Shown piece by piece: positions 1 through 9,312 of a DNA stretch of 24,000 nt; the first letter of the stretch is position 1, and every line of letters starts with the position of its first letter. The notes under the pieces are model-generated. The model saw nothing but the letters and a program-made list of their open reading frames with translations. It searched no databases and was not told the DNA's origin. Source of the DNA: Symplocastrum torsivum CPER-KK1 (GTDB lineage: Bacteria; Cyanobacteriota; Cyanobacteriia; Cyanobacteriales; Coleofasciculaceae); assembly GCA_019358875.1 (NCBI GenBank), contig JAHHIF010000024.1, positions 73,662 to 97,661 of the forward strand, written 5' to 3'. The translations under genes and the position numbers were made by a program.

Positions 1-268
1 CTGCCCTCAAGACTCGATTATTTCCTCCTACCCAATAAAAAAGCCCTGTGAACACACAGAGCTTGAGAAAGTGAAGGTATACCCAAATAAAACTAAGAGT
101 TTTTATTAAATTTACTTTTCTTAATAAGCAAAGTCTACTTCCATGAAGTGACTAAGCATTGTAATTATGCACCAATTTCACAAAAACTACAAGACCTCTC
201 ACCCTAGAAAGATACCGAAAAATGCCAGGGGAGGGGATAGTTATTCTAGTGATTAATAACAATTAAGT

Positions 269-508
269 GTGATGCTTCAGAGCCTATTAGATCAAGCTTC
301 ATCCTGTGGATGTACCTACGAACGCGATTCATTCGGCAACTGTAAAATTCTTCCCCCTCAAAAAACAGCAAGATGGGAATTGCAGCAAGTAAAAGATAGA
401 TGGTTACTATTCGTTGGTGGTGTACCTCAAGCTAATCTTTATCCAGAAGAAGCAGAAGCATTCTTGAAGCGCCGTTGCCCAAGGCACTTGAATCGGGAAG
501 CGGTTTAG
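269..508 (+). CDS. hypothetical small protein (79 aa)
   Basis: Open frame with ATG start from the ORF track; no recognisable family. Composition looks protein-like (KDRWLLFVGGVPQANLYPEEAEAFLKRR). Confidence 0.5.
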   Translation: MMLQSLLDQASSCGCTYERDSFGNCKILPPQKTARWELQQVKDRWLLFVGGVPQANLYPEEAEAFLKRRCPRHLNREAV

Positions 509-591
509 ATTTCCCAAAGCGTGAAAAGGGAATTCCTTTCAAACTTAATTTAAACTTGACTCTTCGATTTTATTTTGAATAACGTAACGTT

Positions 592-843
592 ATGGAACAG
601 CCTTCTGACTCATATAGTTTTAGTTATCGTAAAAAGCCTTACCACGGTCACTTCACACCACAAAATTTAGTCTTCAATGCCAACCTACAAGATTTTTCAC
701 AACGGGTTGGTCAGATCAGTAACTTACAGAGTAAGGGGAAGCTGTCTGCTCAAGAAGCTTACGAACTAATTGAGGTTTTGTGGAAACAATTAGAAGGCAG
801 CTGTTATGCATTAGGGATTTTGCCAGAAGACGAGAACAATTAA
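592..843 (+). CDS. small conserved-looking cyanobacterial hypothetical protein (83 aa)
   Basis: ATG ORF MEQPSDSYSFSYRKKPYHGHFTPQNLVFNANLQDFSQRVGQISNLQSKGKLSAQEAYELIEVLWKQLEGS. Resembles small cyanobacterial proteins with a (Y/H)xGxFxPxNLxFNANLQEF-type motif; exact family not verified. Confidence 0.65.
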   Translation: MEQPSDSYSFSYRKKPYHGHFTPQNLVFNANLQDFSQRVGQISNLQSKGKLSAQEAYELIEVLWKQLEGSCYALGILPEDENN

Positions 844-1036
844 GTATCAACCCTGAGTGAAGGTAACTTAATCAGACCTATCCCAAACATTTCAATTATT
901 CTCTTTTCCCGATGTATTATTCACCTTTTGTTAGGGGATTGTTCCGAATATATATTAAGTGTTTAGGTTTTACGGCTCAGGAGTTTTCTTCGGTACACAG
1001 GTAGTAATTGGGTTACCACCTGGCAACGGGAAGATG

Positions 1037-1264
1037 TTACCGTAACAATGCCTTTTCGATTGGTATAAGCTGTCCCTCCTCATTAGTCGGTTCCAGAACA
1101 AAACCATCCCACCAAATTTTTTTATATCCTGAAAATACACAATCGAGTTGGTGGACTTGACAAGTGATTATGTAATCGCATTGCTCGTGGAGAACTTCGT
1201 AAACTTTTACCCATTGTTCTGGATGCAGCTTTTCACATTCATCTATTGGAATCATTCGATTCAT
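1037..1264 (-). CDS. hypothetical small protein (75 aa)
   Basis: ATG ORF MNRMIPIDECEKLHPEQWVKVYEVLHEQCDYIITCQVHQLDCVF... The competing ORF 1148..1354 (+) has less protein-like composition. Confidence 0.4.
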   Translation of the reverse strand: MNRMIPIDECEKLHPEQWVKVYEVLHEQCDYIITCQVHQLDCVFSGYKKIWWDGFVLEPTNEEGQLIPIEKALLR

Positions 1265-1545
1265 CTACTCTATACAACAACATTTCCGCCAGTGAAAAGA
1301 CACCGGACTGAGGAACCTACAGAAATTGATCAAGGCTCCTATTGTACGTTGTAGTACATTATTGATATTCTAATCTAGTTCGTATTTATCTCTCTACCTA
1401 AAAGCAGATAAATATATTGAATTAAGTTCTACATTTGCAATTGGGCAAGACCTACTAGACAAGGGCGTGATCGCACTTGCCCTCTGTAGAGCCTGAAGTG
1501 CTTAGCAGAATGTCTATCAACTGCCATGTTGGTTAAAGGAAACTA

Positions 1546-1701
1546 ATGTCTGATTACGATATCAAGAGGCATCAGGGAGAAGCTCAAAATTTTGTGGAGC
1601 AACTGAGCGATGAAGTTAGCATATGCATGATGCTAATACCCTCTGGCAGCTTCAATATGGGTTCGCCAACTGTCGTTTTCCCGCAACTTCCCGACATCTG
1701 A
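1546..1701 (+). pseudogene. possible truncated formylglycine-generating-enzyme (FGE-sulfatase)-like N-terminal fragment
   Basis: My translation from ATG 1546: MSDYDIKRHQGEAQNFVEQLSDEVSICMMLIPSGSFNMGSPTVVFPQLPDI*. The segment MMLIPSGSFNMGSP resembles the FGE-sulfatase opening motif (MVLIPxGxFxMGS), but the frame stops at once with no catalytic domain. Confidence 0.5.
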
Positions 1702-1856
1702 CAGCTTCCGGGTATGTATTTCAGGCTTTGCTAAGCACTTGGTTGCCTGCTACCTTTACCCCTCAAAGGCTGTCCTCACAGCCGGTTTTGATTTTCTTCC
1801 CGACATCTACCGTGACAGGCGAATCAGGCGTGTACTCGGAAGGATTCCTAAAGAAT

Positions 1857-2864
1857 TTATAGCAATGGTAAACCTTCAACACCCACGTCCAGACGGACAA
1901 CTTTGGCAGGTTCAATGCCAGTAGATGGAGGCAGCGACATACCACCATTAGTCGTCACGTAGAGATAGGTTTGATTGGAGGGCGAGCGCCCAAAGGCAAC
2001 TGCCGTCGTACCAGTCATCCCTTGTTCGGCTTGGGCGATGGTGGTGAGGTGGCCATCGGGGGCAACCTTCACCACGCTATTGAAGACGTGCGTTGTGCCG
2101 TAGAGATTTCCAGCTTGATCGAAGGCAAAATCATCAATATTGGCGTTTTGCACAAAGACTTCCGGTTCACCCGGTTGATGCGCCTGGAGTGGAATTCGCA
2201 CAAGTTGAGCGTTCTGCGTATTTGAGGCATACAGAACTCTGTCAAAGATTTTGAGTCCATTCACAGCCGGGGTTGGGTTTTCAGGCGTTGCCCGTGCCAG
2301 AAGGGGATGTTCTAGCCAAATCCGTCCGCTGCCCTGAGCGACATCCAGTTCCCAAATTGCACCTCGATACGAGTCGGCAATCAAGTAGAGAGAGTCTGTC
2401 AGATGGGTAAGACCATTCAAAAAGAGGGCATCGGGCAATGTCACAAGTACATCCACAGTTCCTTGTAAAGAAACCTGCCAAACAACGGGAGTATCAATCG
2501 CATCCCAACCCGTCAGCAAGAGGGTGCCATCTGGCGCAAAAGCCAGCCCCGTGGCTTTGCCAGGAACTGTGGCATGGGTTATCGGAACATCATCTGCACC
2601 GATGCGAATAATTTCGCCGTCATAGTGGTTCGTGATGAACAGCGTATTATTGGCATCGACGACAATGCTCTCCAGAAACGTGTTGACGGGGAATTCTGCA
2701 ATGATGTGCGCGGGTACCAAGGCGATTGGGGCATCGCTAAACAAGGGAGGTAATGATTGGGATGGGGACATTAAGGAATCCTCTAAGTTAGTCAAGTTTT
2801 CTGGGGATACTAACTGAAACCGACAATCGCACAATCGTTTTGATTTATTCCTACAATCCCTCAA
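1857..2864 (-). CDS. SMP-30/gluconolactonase/NHL-type beta-propeller protein
   Basis: Long ORF with repeated propeller-blade signatures (VDANNTLFITNHYDGEIIRIG, LYLIADSYRGAIWELD, FDQAGNLYGTTHVFNSVVKVAPDG). The real start is more likely ATG at 2771 (MSPSQSLPPLF), preceded by AGAGGATTCCTTA. Confidence 0.8.
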   Translation of the reverse strand: MRDCRNKSKRLCDCRFQLVSPENLTNLEDSLMSPSQSLPPLFSDAPIALVPAHIIAEFPVNTFLESIVVDANNTLFITNHYDGEIIRIGADDVPITHATVPGKATGLAFAPDGTLLLTGWDAIDTPVVWQVSLQGTVDVLVTLPDALFLNGLTHLTDSLYLIADSYRGAIWELDVAQGSGRIWLEHPLLARATPENPTPAVNGLKIFDRVLYASNTQNAQLVRIPLQAHQPGEPEVFVQNANIDDFAFDQAGNLYGTTHVFNSVVKVAPDGHLTTIAQAEQGMTGTTAVAFGRSPSNQTYLYVTTNGGMSLPPSTGIEPAKVVRLDVGVEGLPLL

Positions 2865-3385
2865 TTCCTACGACAGGTCTACCCATAGGGTCTTGGTTTG
2901 CAGATAAAATTCCAATTGCAACAAACCGGGGTATGTTCTCAATAAGTCGAGAAAAAACGGCGGTTTTCCCACCTTTTAACGAAAGAATGGGGCTTTGAGC
3001 TTTTACACTGTGTAATAGTAGGAAGCTTATCGCTACATTGACCCGGCTTCAGAAGCGCCACAAGGGAGAGACTAAGTAGGGGTTCTAGGAGGGGGTGCGG
3101 GTATTCCATCTCCTCTTGTTCAAAGTCGATTGGATATTTAAAGATTTGCTCTAGTCCATTAATGATCTAGTCCCACCCTCCGGGAATAGCCCGGAACTGG
3201 TCAAGAATTTCATGTCTGAGTTCCCAGTCCCGTTGACCCGGAGTGTAGTTGAAAACACAGTGATGAGCTTCACAGCCAAATCCTCCGGAGTGCTTGTCAA
3301 TAGGATACTCCTAGAGAGTCCACCTTGGGTTTTTGCTCCTCTCATGGTTCAATGAACTCTTGAGAAGCTCACTTCCAGGGACTTA

Positions 3386-4360
3386 ATGCGCGACCCGCCC
3401 TCTGTTGAGGCTCCCCATCACCTCTTCCTTACTGAACTCGTGCCGCTGACTCTTCATCCAGCGGCGGTGTATCTGTCTGGACTGAGTGAGGGGTCTCGTC
3501 CGACGATGCGCCACGCCCTGGATGCGATCGCGTACTTGCTAACCGATGGCGAGTGCGATGCGATGAATCTAGATTGGGCGGCACTGCGCTATCAGCATAC
3601 GGCGGCAGTTAGGGCGGCGCTAATGCAGCGGTTGGCTCCGGCGACTTGTGAGAAGATGCTGTGTGCGTTGCGGCGGGTGTTGAAGGAGGCGAGGAAGCTA
3701 AAGCTAATTGAGGCAGAGGACTATGAAGCGGCAATTGACCTGCCTCGGATTGATACACCCCCCAGGAAGCTCAGGGGACGTGCTCTCAAGGGTGATGAGA
3801 TTGCGGCTCTGATGGAGGCGTGTCAAAAAGAGGGTGCAAGAACGATTGATGTCAGAGATGCAGCCCTGATAGCTATCTTGCGCGGTGGGGGGTTAAGGCG
3901 CAATGAGGTGGTCAATTTGGAACTAAAAGACTTTGACTCCAGCACCGGCGCTCTTGAGGTTCATAAGGCAAAGAGAGGGGCATATCGCCGGGTTTATCTG
4001 CCAACTGGAGCGTGTGCGATTGTGGAACAGTGGCTGGCAATAAGAGGCAATGCACCAGGACCTCTGCTGTGTCCAATCCACCGCTGGGGGCAAGTGACTC
4101 TGCGACCCATGACCTCTGATGCGGTATTGAGGATATTGAAGAGACGTGCTCTGCAAGCGGGTGTGGATTCCTTCTCGGCTCACGACTTTCGCCGGACGTT
4201 CTGCTCGGATTTGCTGGATGCCGGGGTCGATATTGTTACGGTGCAAAAGTTAGCGGGTCATACGTCACCAACAGTTACAGCTAAGTACGATCGCCGGGGA
4301 GAAGAAACCAAGCGTCGCGCTGTGCAAAACTTGGAGATTCCTTTTAAAAAGCGGGATTAG
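3386..4360 (+). CDS. tyrosine-type site-specific recombinase/integrase
   Basis: C-terminal catalytic signatures: GGGLRRNE, AHDFRRTFCSDLLDAG, VTVQKLAGHTSPTVTAKYDRRGEE (R...HxxR...H...Y). Full-length N-terminal core-binding-like domain. Confidence 0.9.
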   Translation: MRDPPSVEAPHHLFLTELVPLTLHPAAVYLSGLSEGSRPTMRHALDAIAYLLTDGECDAMNLDWAALRYQHTAAVRAALMQRLAPATCEKMLCALRRVLKEARKLKLIEAEDYEAAIDLPRIDTPPRKLRGRALKGDEIAALMEACQKEGARTIDVRDAALIAILRGGGLRRNEVVNLELKDFDSSTGALEVHKAKRGAYRRVYLPTGACAIVEQWLAIRGNAPGPLLCPIHRWGQVTLRPMTSDAVLRILKRRALQAGVDSFSAHDFRRTFCSDLLDAGVDIVTVQKLAGHTSPTVTAKYDRRGEETKRRAVQNLEIPFKKRD

Positions 4361-4545
4361 GGAATTTTAGCTCGCTGTAGTTGTTCTTGGACAACAGAGA
4401 ATACCTCAACACTAGATTGATTTTCGCATTCATTGCTTGATAACCTGCAAGCTACCTACTATCGGCAAGTTTCTTAAAATCCTACAAATGAGATGACGCA
4501 GCACAGTAATGTAGAGTCAGTCCAGTCTCACAGGAGTCAAGAGCT

Positions 4546-5316
4546 TTGACTAAAGTGATTGCACTGTTCAATCAGGCGGGTGGTGTGGGGAAGTCTACGA
4601 CCACCCAAAATCTCGGCTATCACCTTTTCCTACGTCGCCACCGCGTCCTGGTGGTAGATATGGACCCCCAAGCTTCACTAACTTCGTTCATGGGACTAGA
4701 GCCAGCGGACTTGAAGGAGACGATTTACACGGCTTTAGTGCCTGAAGAGGATGAAGTCGATAAGCCGCTCCCTATCCATAAGGATTTACACGGCATAGAC
4801 TTAGCGCCAGCTAACCTGCTGCTAGCCAATGCCGAACAAGAGTTAATCTTTGCGGAACAGCGAGAGTTCCGACTGAAAGATATTCTTGCACCTCGGCTTT
4901 TTGACTATGATTTTATTTTGGTCGATTGTCCTCCCAGTTTGGGAATCTTGAGCCAAATTAGCTTAGTTGCCTCTACTCATGTTCTGGTTCCCGTCCAATG
5001 TCAGTACAAAGCCTTGCTCGGTACAGAATCGTTGCTGAAGACCGTGTACAAGGTAAAAAGGCGGCTTAATACGGAATTGACGTTTGCGGGTTTCCTGCCC
5101 ACCTTGTATTCCGCCAGTAATTCGCTAGACCGAAGGACGTTGCAAATTGTTCAAGAACAACTAGCATCTGTTGGACCCATTCTGCCGACCGTTCCACGGG
5201 CAACGGCTTTGGCTGAGGCGACGGAGTACGGAATGCCCTTAGCGCTCTGCCCCAAGAAGAATCCTGAGATTTTGCAAATTTTTGACCGAATCGCACAGGT
5301 CGTTGAATCGCTATGA
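4546..5316 (+). CDS. parA: ParA family ATPase (partition/chromosome-segregation type)
   Basis: Walker A-type NQAGGVGKSTTTQNLG, VVDMDPQASLTSFMG and FILVDCPPSLGILS. Apparent TTG start preceded by CAGGAGTC. Followed by overlapping parB. Exact start nucleotide uncertain by one codon. Confidence 0.93.
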   Translation: MTKVIALFNQAGGVGKSTTTQNLGYHLFLRRHRVLVVDMDPQASLTSFMGLEPADLKETIYTALVPEEDEVDKPLPIHKDLHGIDLAPANLLLANAEQELIFAEQREFRLKDILAPRLFDYDFILVDCPPSLGILSQISLVASTHVLVPVQCQYKALLGTESLLKTVYKVKRRLNTELTFAGFLPTLYSASNSLDRRTLQIVQEQLASVGPILPTVPRATALAEATEYGMPLALCPKKNPEILQIFDRIAQVVESL

Positions 5317-6506
5317 GGAAGTCCCCTAAACCAGAGGCAAGACGATTGAGAAACGTGACGCTGTTTAATGATGCAGATGAAGCCGTTCCTTCCACGAGTA
5401 CAGTGCCGTTGGCGAGTCTCATCATTTCCCAAACTCAACCGCGTCGGTATTTTGCTCCCGAAGCCATGCGAGCGCTCGTGGAGTCGGTCAAAAAAGATGG
5501 AGTCCTTCAGCCGATTCTGGTCAGACCTTTTGGAGACAAGTATGAGCTAGTAGCAGGTGAGAGACGGTATCGAGCGGCGAAAGCAGCCGGGTTAACCGAT
5601 ATTCCGGCAGTTATCCGGGAGATGAGCGATTCCGAAGCAGTACGGTTTGCCTTGATGGAAAACCTGCAACGGGAAGACCTTAACCCCGTTGAAGAAACCG
5701 AAGGAATCTTGGAACTGCTGGCTATTACTCTTGACTCTTCTACGGCTGAGGTGACTTTATTGCTTCAGCGGTTGCAGAAAGAAATCAAACGGAAGAAATT
5801 GTCCCATAACGTTATGGGACAACCGGAAGGAGAGTCAGCACCATCGGAATTGGCAATTATCCAGTCGGTATTTGAGTCTTTGGGGCGGATGTCATGGGAA
5901 TCTTTCACCTCCAACCGCTTGCCCCTTCTCAATCTCCCTGCTGACATTCTAGAGGCGCTCCGAGCGGGACGAATTGAATACACTAAAGCCAAGCAGATAG
6001 CCAAATTCGAGTCGGAATCGGAGCGACAGGATCTACTGGAAGAGGCGAGCGCTTCTTCTCTCTCCTTGAGTCAAATTCGAGAGCGAGTCAGAGCCTCTCA
6101 ACCGCCGCCCGAACAAGGAGAATTCGCGGCTCGGATAGATGCGACTACTAAGCAGGTAAAGAAGTTAAAGGTGTGGGAGAACCCCTCAAAGCGCTCTCGA
6201 CTCGAATTGTTGTTGAAACAGCTCGAAGAGCTAATCTCTGAAGAAGGATTAGATGAATCACAGTCCATCGGAGAAGCTGAAGTCACTCAGGATCTGGCAC
6301 ACAAAGGCAGCGAGTTAACTGATGAGTTACACAATAGCTCGCTGACTCATGCGGAGCTGGTAGAGCGATTGGGGGTCAAGAGTTCTACGCTAAGCGTAGC
6401 TAAGAAAAAAAACAATTTCTCCGAGTGGAGTAAGAGTAAAGACCCAGACGAGAGCGCGTGGCAATGGCTGCCAGAATCTAAGCGTTTTGTGCCATTAACA
6501 AACTAG
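5313..6506 (+). CDS. parB: ParB/RepB/Spo0J family partition protein with long C-terminal extension
   Basis: N-terminal QPRRYFAPEAMRALVESVKKDGVLQPILVRP, YELVAGERRYRAAKAAG and MENLQREDLNPVEE. ATG overlaps the parA stop (ATGA). Confidence 0.93.
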   Translation: MRKSPKPEARRLRNVTLFNDADEAVPSTSTVPLASLIISQTQPRRYFAPEAMRALVESVKKDGVLQPILVRPFGDKYELVAGERRYRAAKAAGLTDIPAVIREMSDSEAVRFALMENLQREDLNPVEETEGILELLAITLDSSTAEVTLLLQRLQKEIKRKKLSHNVMGQPEGESAPSELAIIQSVFESLGRMSWESFTSNRLPLLNLPADILEALRAGRIEYTKAKQIAKFESESERQDLLEEASASSLSLSQIRERVRASQPPPEQGEFAARIDATTKQVKKLKVWENPSKRSRLELLLKQLEELISEEGLDESQSIGEAEVTQDLAHKGSELTDELHNSSLTHAELVERLGVKSSTLSVAKKKNNFSEWSKSKDPDESAWQWLPESKRFVPLTN

Positions 6507-7018
6507 GGCTGATGGCTATAACGCAATGCCTATAACTTTCTGGGCTTAGCATCCAGTGGTGTTCCCTTGGTGATCCTGTTGGCGAAGCCTTCCTTAATAC
6601 CCTGAGAGTCCTGAAACTTCATCGTCCCCTTGTTGAAATTGATTGAGTGATGCTTAGGAAAAGATAGAGGAAGTAGTAATACTGGCAGCAATCCGCTCTA
6701 GGCGCACATCAGACTCAAACACCATCTCCTCCGGTTTGTAGAGCATTCTAATTTTACTCCCCTCAGCTTCTAGTGCTGTAAAAAACTTGATTAATCGTTA
6801 TTTTAAAAGAAGTTTATCATTAAGCTAAATAAGGAATAATTTTTGGTTAAACCCAATCCTAAAACCTAGCAAAGTTTTCTGAAACTAATATCCGAAATCT
6901 CTTTCCTAGAAAGAACTTGGAGATTTTTTAAATTTAATTTTGAATTCAAATTCAATTGATATTAATAAATTTAATTCACAACTTATTCACAAATAGAAAG
7001 TAAACAATAGAGTGTTCA

Positions 7019-8428
7019 ATGCAGCGAAAAGCTGACAGCAACTCTCTACTAGATACGGAAACCGGATACACAATGTCTTTTTCACGCCGTCAGTTTTTGA
7101 CCTTAGCAGGTGCGGGAGCCGCAACTGCCGTTATTGCATCTCCCTTAAAAGCGCTTTATGCCAGACAAGCCCGTGGTTTATTAACTCATGGCGGAGGTTA
7201 TGGTCCGCTCATAGAAGACCCCAATGGCTTATTAGATTTACCACAAGGATTTCAGTATCGAGCCTTCTCTCGCACAGGGGAGATTATGAGCGATGGTAAT
7301 CCAGTACCAGGCGATCATGATGGGATGGCGGCTTTTGCTGGTTCCAACAATACTGTTATTCTCGTCCGCAATCACGAACTCAGCCCAAGTGAAACTAACA
7401 AGCCAGGACTGATTGCACCAGCTCCTAAGCAGTATGACTCCAACAATCGAGGTGGCACCACTACCCTAATTGTTGGACCCAATCGTGAACTAATTAGCCA
7501 TTATGCTTCGTTAGCCGGTACCAATCGCAACTGTGCTGGCGGACCAACGCCTTGGGGTTCGTGGATTAGCTGTGAAGAAACGACTGAAACTCCCACCTCA
7601 CATCCCATAAATTTAAAGGCACACGGCTATAACTTTGAAGTTCCGGCTAATGCATCGGGACTTGTTGACCCCGTCCCCCTCATAGCAATGGGTCGCTTCA
7701 ATCATGAAGCAATTGCCGTAGACCCGGAAACTGGAATTGTTTATCAAACTGAAGATAGAGGGGATGGTCTGTTCTATCGCTTTATTCCAAACCAGCCGGG
7801 TAATCTCAAAGCTGGAGGTATTCTTCAAGCTCTGAAGATTAAGGGCAAATCTGGGGTAAACACTAACAACAGAACGAGCCAAACTATCCCAGTCGGTCAG
7901 CCGATGGAAGTTGAATGGGTCACCATCGATAATCCCAACCCTCCTACAGATACCGTGCGAGTTGAAGGCTTCGGTAAAGGAGCGGCTCAATTCTCGCGCG
8001 GTGAGGGGATATGGTATGGCAATGGTGAACTTTACTTTACCTGTACCGATGGAGGTCTGGGTGGGATTGGTGCTGGCAATCGTGGTGCTGGTCAGGTCTG
8101 GCGCTATGTTCCCGGTCAAACGGCTCAACAGGGCGGTACGCTTGAACTGTTCGTTGAACCTAACGATGCCGACATCTTAGATGCGCCTGATAACATTGTC
8201 GTCGCTCCTACTGGCGATTTATTTCTGTGTGAAGATGGTCCGAATACGCAATATGTAGTGGGAGTGAATGCCTTGGGTCAACTCTATCAGTTCGCTCGCA
8301 ACGCGCTTAATGATAGCGAGTTCTGTGGAGTTTGCTTCTCACCTAACGGTCAAACAATGTTTCTCAATATTCAAAACCCTGGCATTACCTTTGCGATTTG
8401 GGGACCTTGGCCGTCACAGCGACCCTAG
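7019..8428 (+). CDS. phoX: PhoX-family (DUF839) phosphatase with Tat signal peptide
   Basis: Tat motif SRRQFLTLAGAGAATAVIASPLKALYA; body PQGFQYRAFSRTGEIMSDGNPVPGDHDGMAAF, LVRNHELSP, WGSWISCEET, FNHEAIAVDPETGIVYQTEDRGDGLFYRFIPN, LFLCEDGPNTQYVVGV. An alternative start at ATG 7073 would put the RR motif near the N-terminus. Confidence 0.87.
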   Translation: MQRKADSNSLLDTETGYTMSFSRRQFLTLAGAGAATAVIASPLKALYARQARGLLTHGGGYGPLIEDPNGLLDLPQGFQYRAFSRTGEIMSDGNPVPGDHDGMAAFAGSNNTVILVRNHELSPSETNKPGLIAPAPKQYDSNNRGGTTTLIVGPNRELISHYASLAGTNRNCAGGPTPWGSWISCEETTETPTSHPINLKAHGYNFEVPANASGLVDPVPLIAMGRFNHEAIAVDPETGIVYQTEDRGDGLFYRFIPNQPGNLKAGGILQALKIKGKSGVNTNNRTSQTIPVGQPMEVEWVTIDNPNPPTDTVRVEGFGKGAAQFSRGEGIWYGNGELYFTCTDGGLGGIGAGNRGAGQVWRYVPGQTAQQGGTLELFVEPNDADILDAPDNIVVAPTGDLFLCEDGPNTQYVVGVNALGQLYQFARNALNDSEFCGVCFSPNGQTMFLNIQNPGITFAIWGPWPSQRP

Positions 8429-8504
8429 TATTGCCATTCAATAGCCAGGAGTTTTTCGTGACTAAATATTAAGCGTCGCCAAAATCCCTGCAGAGGAATA
8501 AAAG

Positions 8505-8532
8505 AAGCCCCTGGAACTAATACCAGGGGCTT
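8505..8532 (-). terminator. intrinsic terminator in the gap between convergent phoX and the PEP-CTERM gene
   Basis: Perfect 10-bp inverted repeat AAGCCCCTGG-aactaata-CCAGGGGCTT. Read on the minus strand it is followed by CTTTTATT. It may act in both directions. Confidence 0.75.
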
Positions 8533-8566
8533 GCTGTTGGGTAGATAGGCGATCGCTATTTTTCCC

Positions 8567-9289
8567 CTACTCCACAGATTTGTGTTTACGCCTGAATGCT
8601 GAACCTGCCCCCAAACCTCCCAAAACCAAGACCCCAAATACAGAAGTCGGTTCAGGAACGCTGATGCGGACATTATCAACACCAATAAACGCAACACTAT
8701 CTTCGTCAGTACCAGAGGCAGACAGCCGGAGTTCGTCAAACTCAAAGCCTCTGATAGAAAGCGTCTGCTGTCGCAAATCGCTGCTTCCAACTACCTCAAA
8801 GTCCGAGAGCGAGGCGGAAGTGCTAGCAACGAGACTACCTCCCTGCAACGCTTCTAGGGTCAGGATAGTGTTGGAGGGATAAAAAAGCTGGCTGAACAAA
8901 TCGAGACTGACCGAACTTTCCACATCCCCGGTGGTAATCCCCATTGAGCTAAAGCGTCCAAATGCCGCGTCAGCACCAGAGGCAAAGCTGCCAAAGGTGA
9001 GGTAATTGGGAGGAGAAAACGATGAACCAAGGTAATCTTCTGTCGTACTGTCGATAGAAAACGTGTAAGGAAGTAGCTCGGAAAGACCCTGATCCAAATC
9101 AAAGAAAGTCACTCCGGCATCGGTCAGCGTCGTTCCAGAAAAACCTTCAGAGAAGTTGTCAAAGGTCGCACTGGCTGCAAATGTGGGAGAAGTCAGCATT
9201 ACAGAAGACAAAACTCCCAGCACAGACAATCCGGTGTAGAGAGAAGGTTTAACTGTGCTTTTGTTTCTGAGCATGAATAATTTCCTCAT
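8567..9289 (-). CDS. PEP-CTERM sorting-domain exported protein
   Basis: Signal peptide (LYTGLSVLGVLSSVMLTSPTFAASA) and C-terminal VPEPTSVFGVLVLGGLGAGSAFRRKHK. Confidence 0.88.
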   Translation of the reverse strand: MRKLFMLRNKSTVKPSLYTGLSVLGVLSSVMLTSPTFAASATFDNFSEGFSGTTLTDAGVTFFDLDQGLSELLPYTFSIDSTTEDYLGSSFSPPNYLTFGSFASGADAAFGRFSSMGITTGDVESSVSLDLFSQLFYPSNTILTLEALQGGSLVASTSASLSDFEVVGSSDLRQQTLSIRGFEFDELRLSASGTDEDSVAFIGVDNVRISVPEPTSVFGVLVLGGLGAGSAFRRKHKSVE

Positions 9290-9312
9290 ACAAGTTCTAG
9301 TAGGGTGTATTG

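Noticed and set aside
3923-4246. 107-aa minus-strand ORF inside the integrase gene
   Set aside because: Antisense to a well-supported recombinase with no family features.
5066-5438. 119-aa and 95-aa minus-strand ORFs across the parA/parB junction
   Set aside because: Antisense shadows of conserved parA and parB coding sequence.
7613-8180. ORFs 7613..8128 (-) and 7911..8180 (+) within phoX
   Set aside because: Embedded in the clearly coding phoX frame with no independent evidence.
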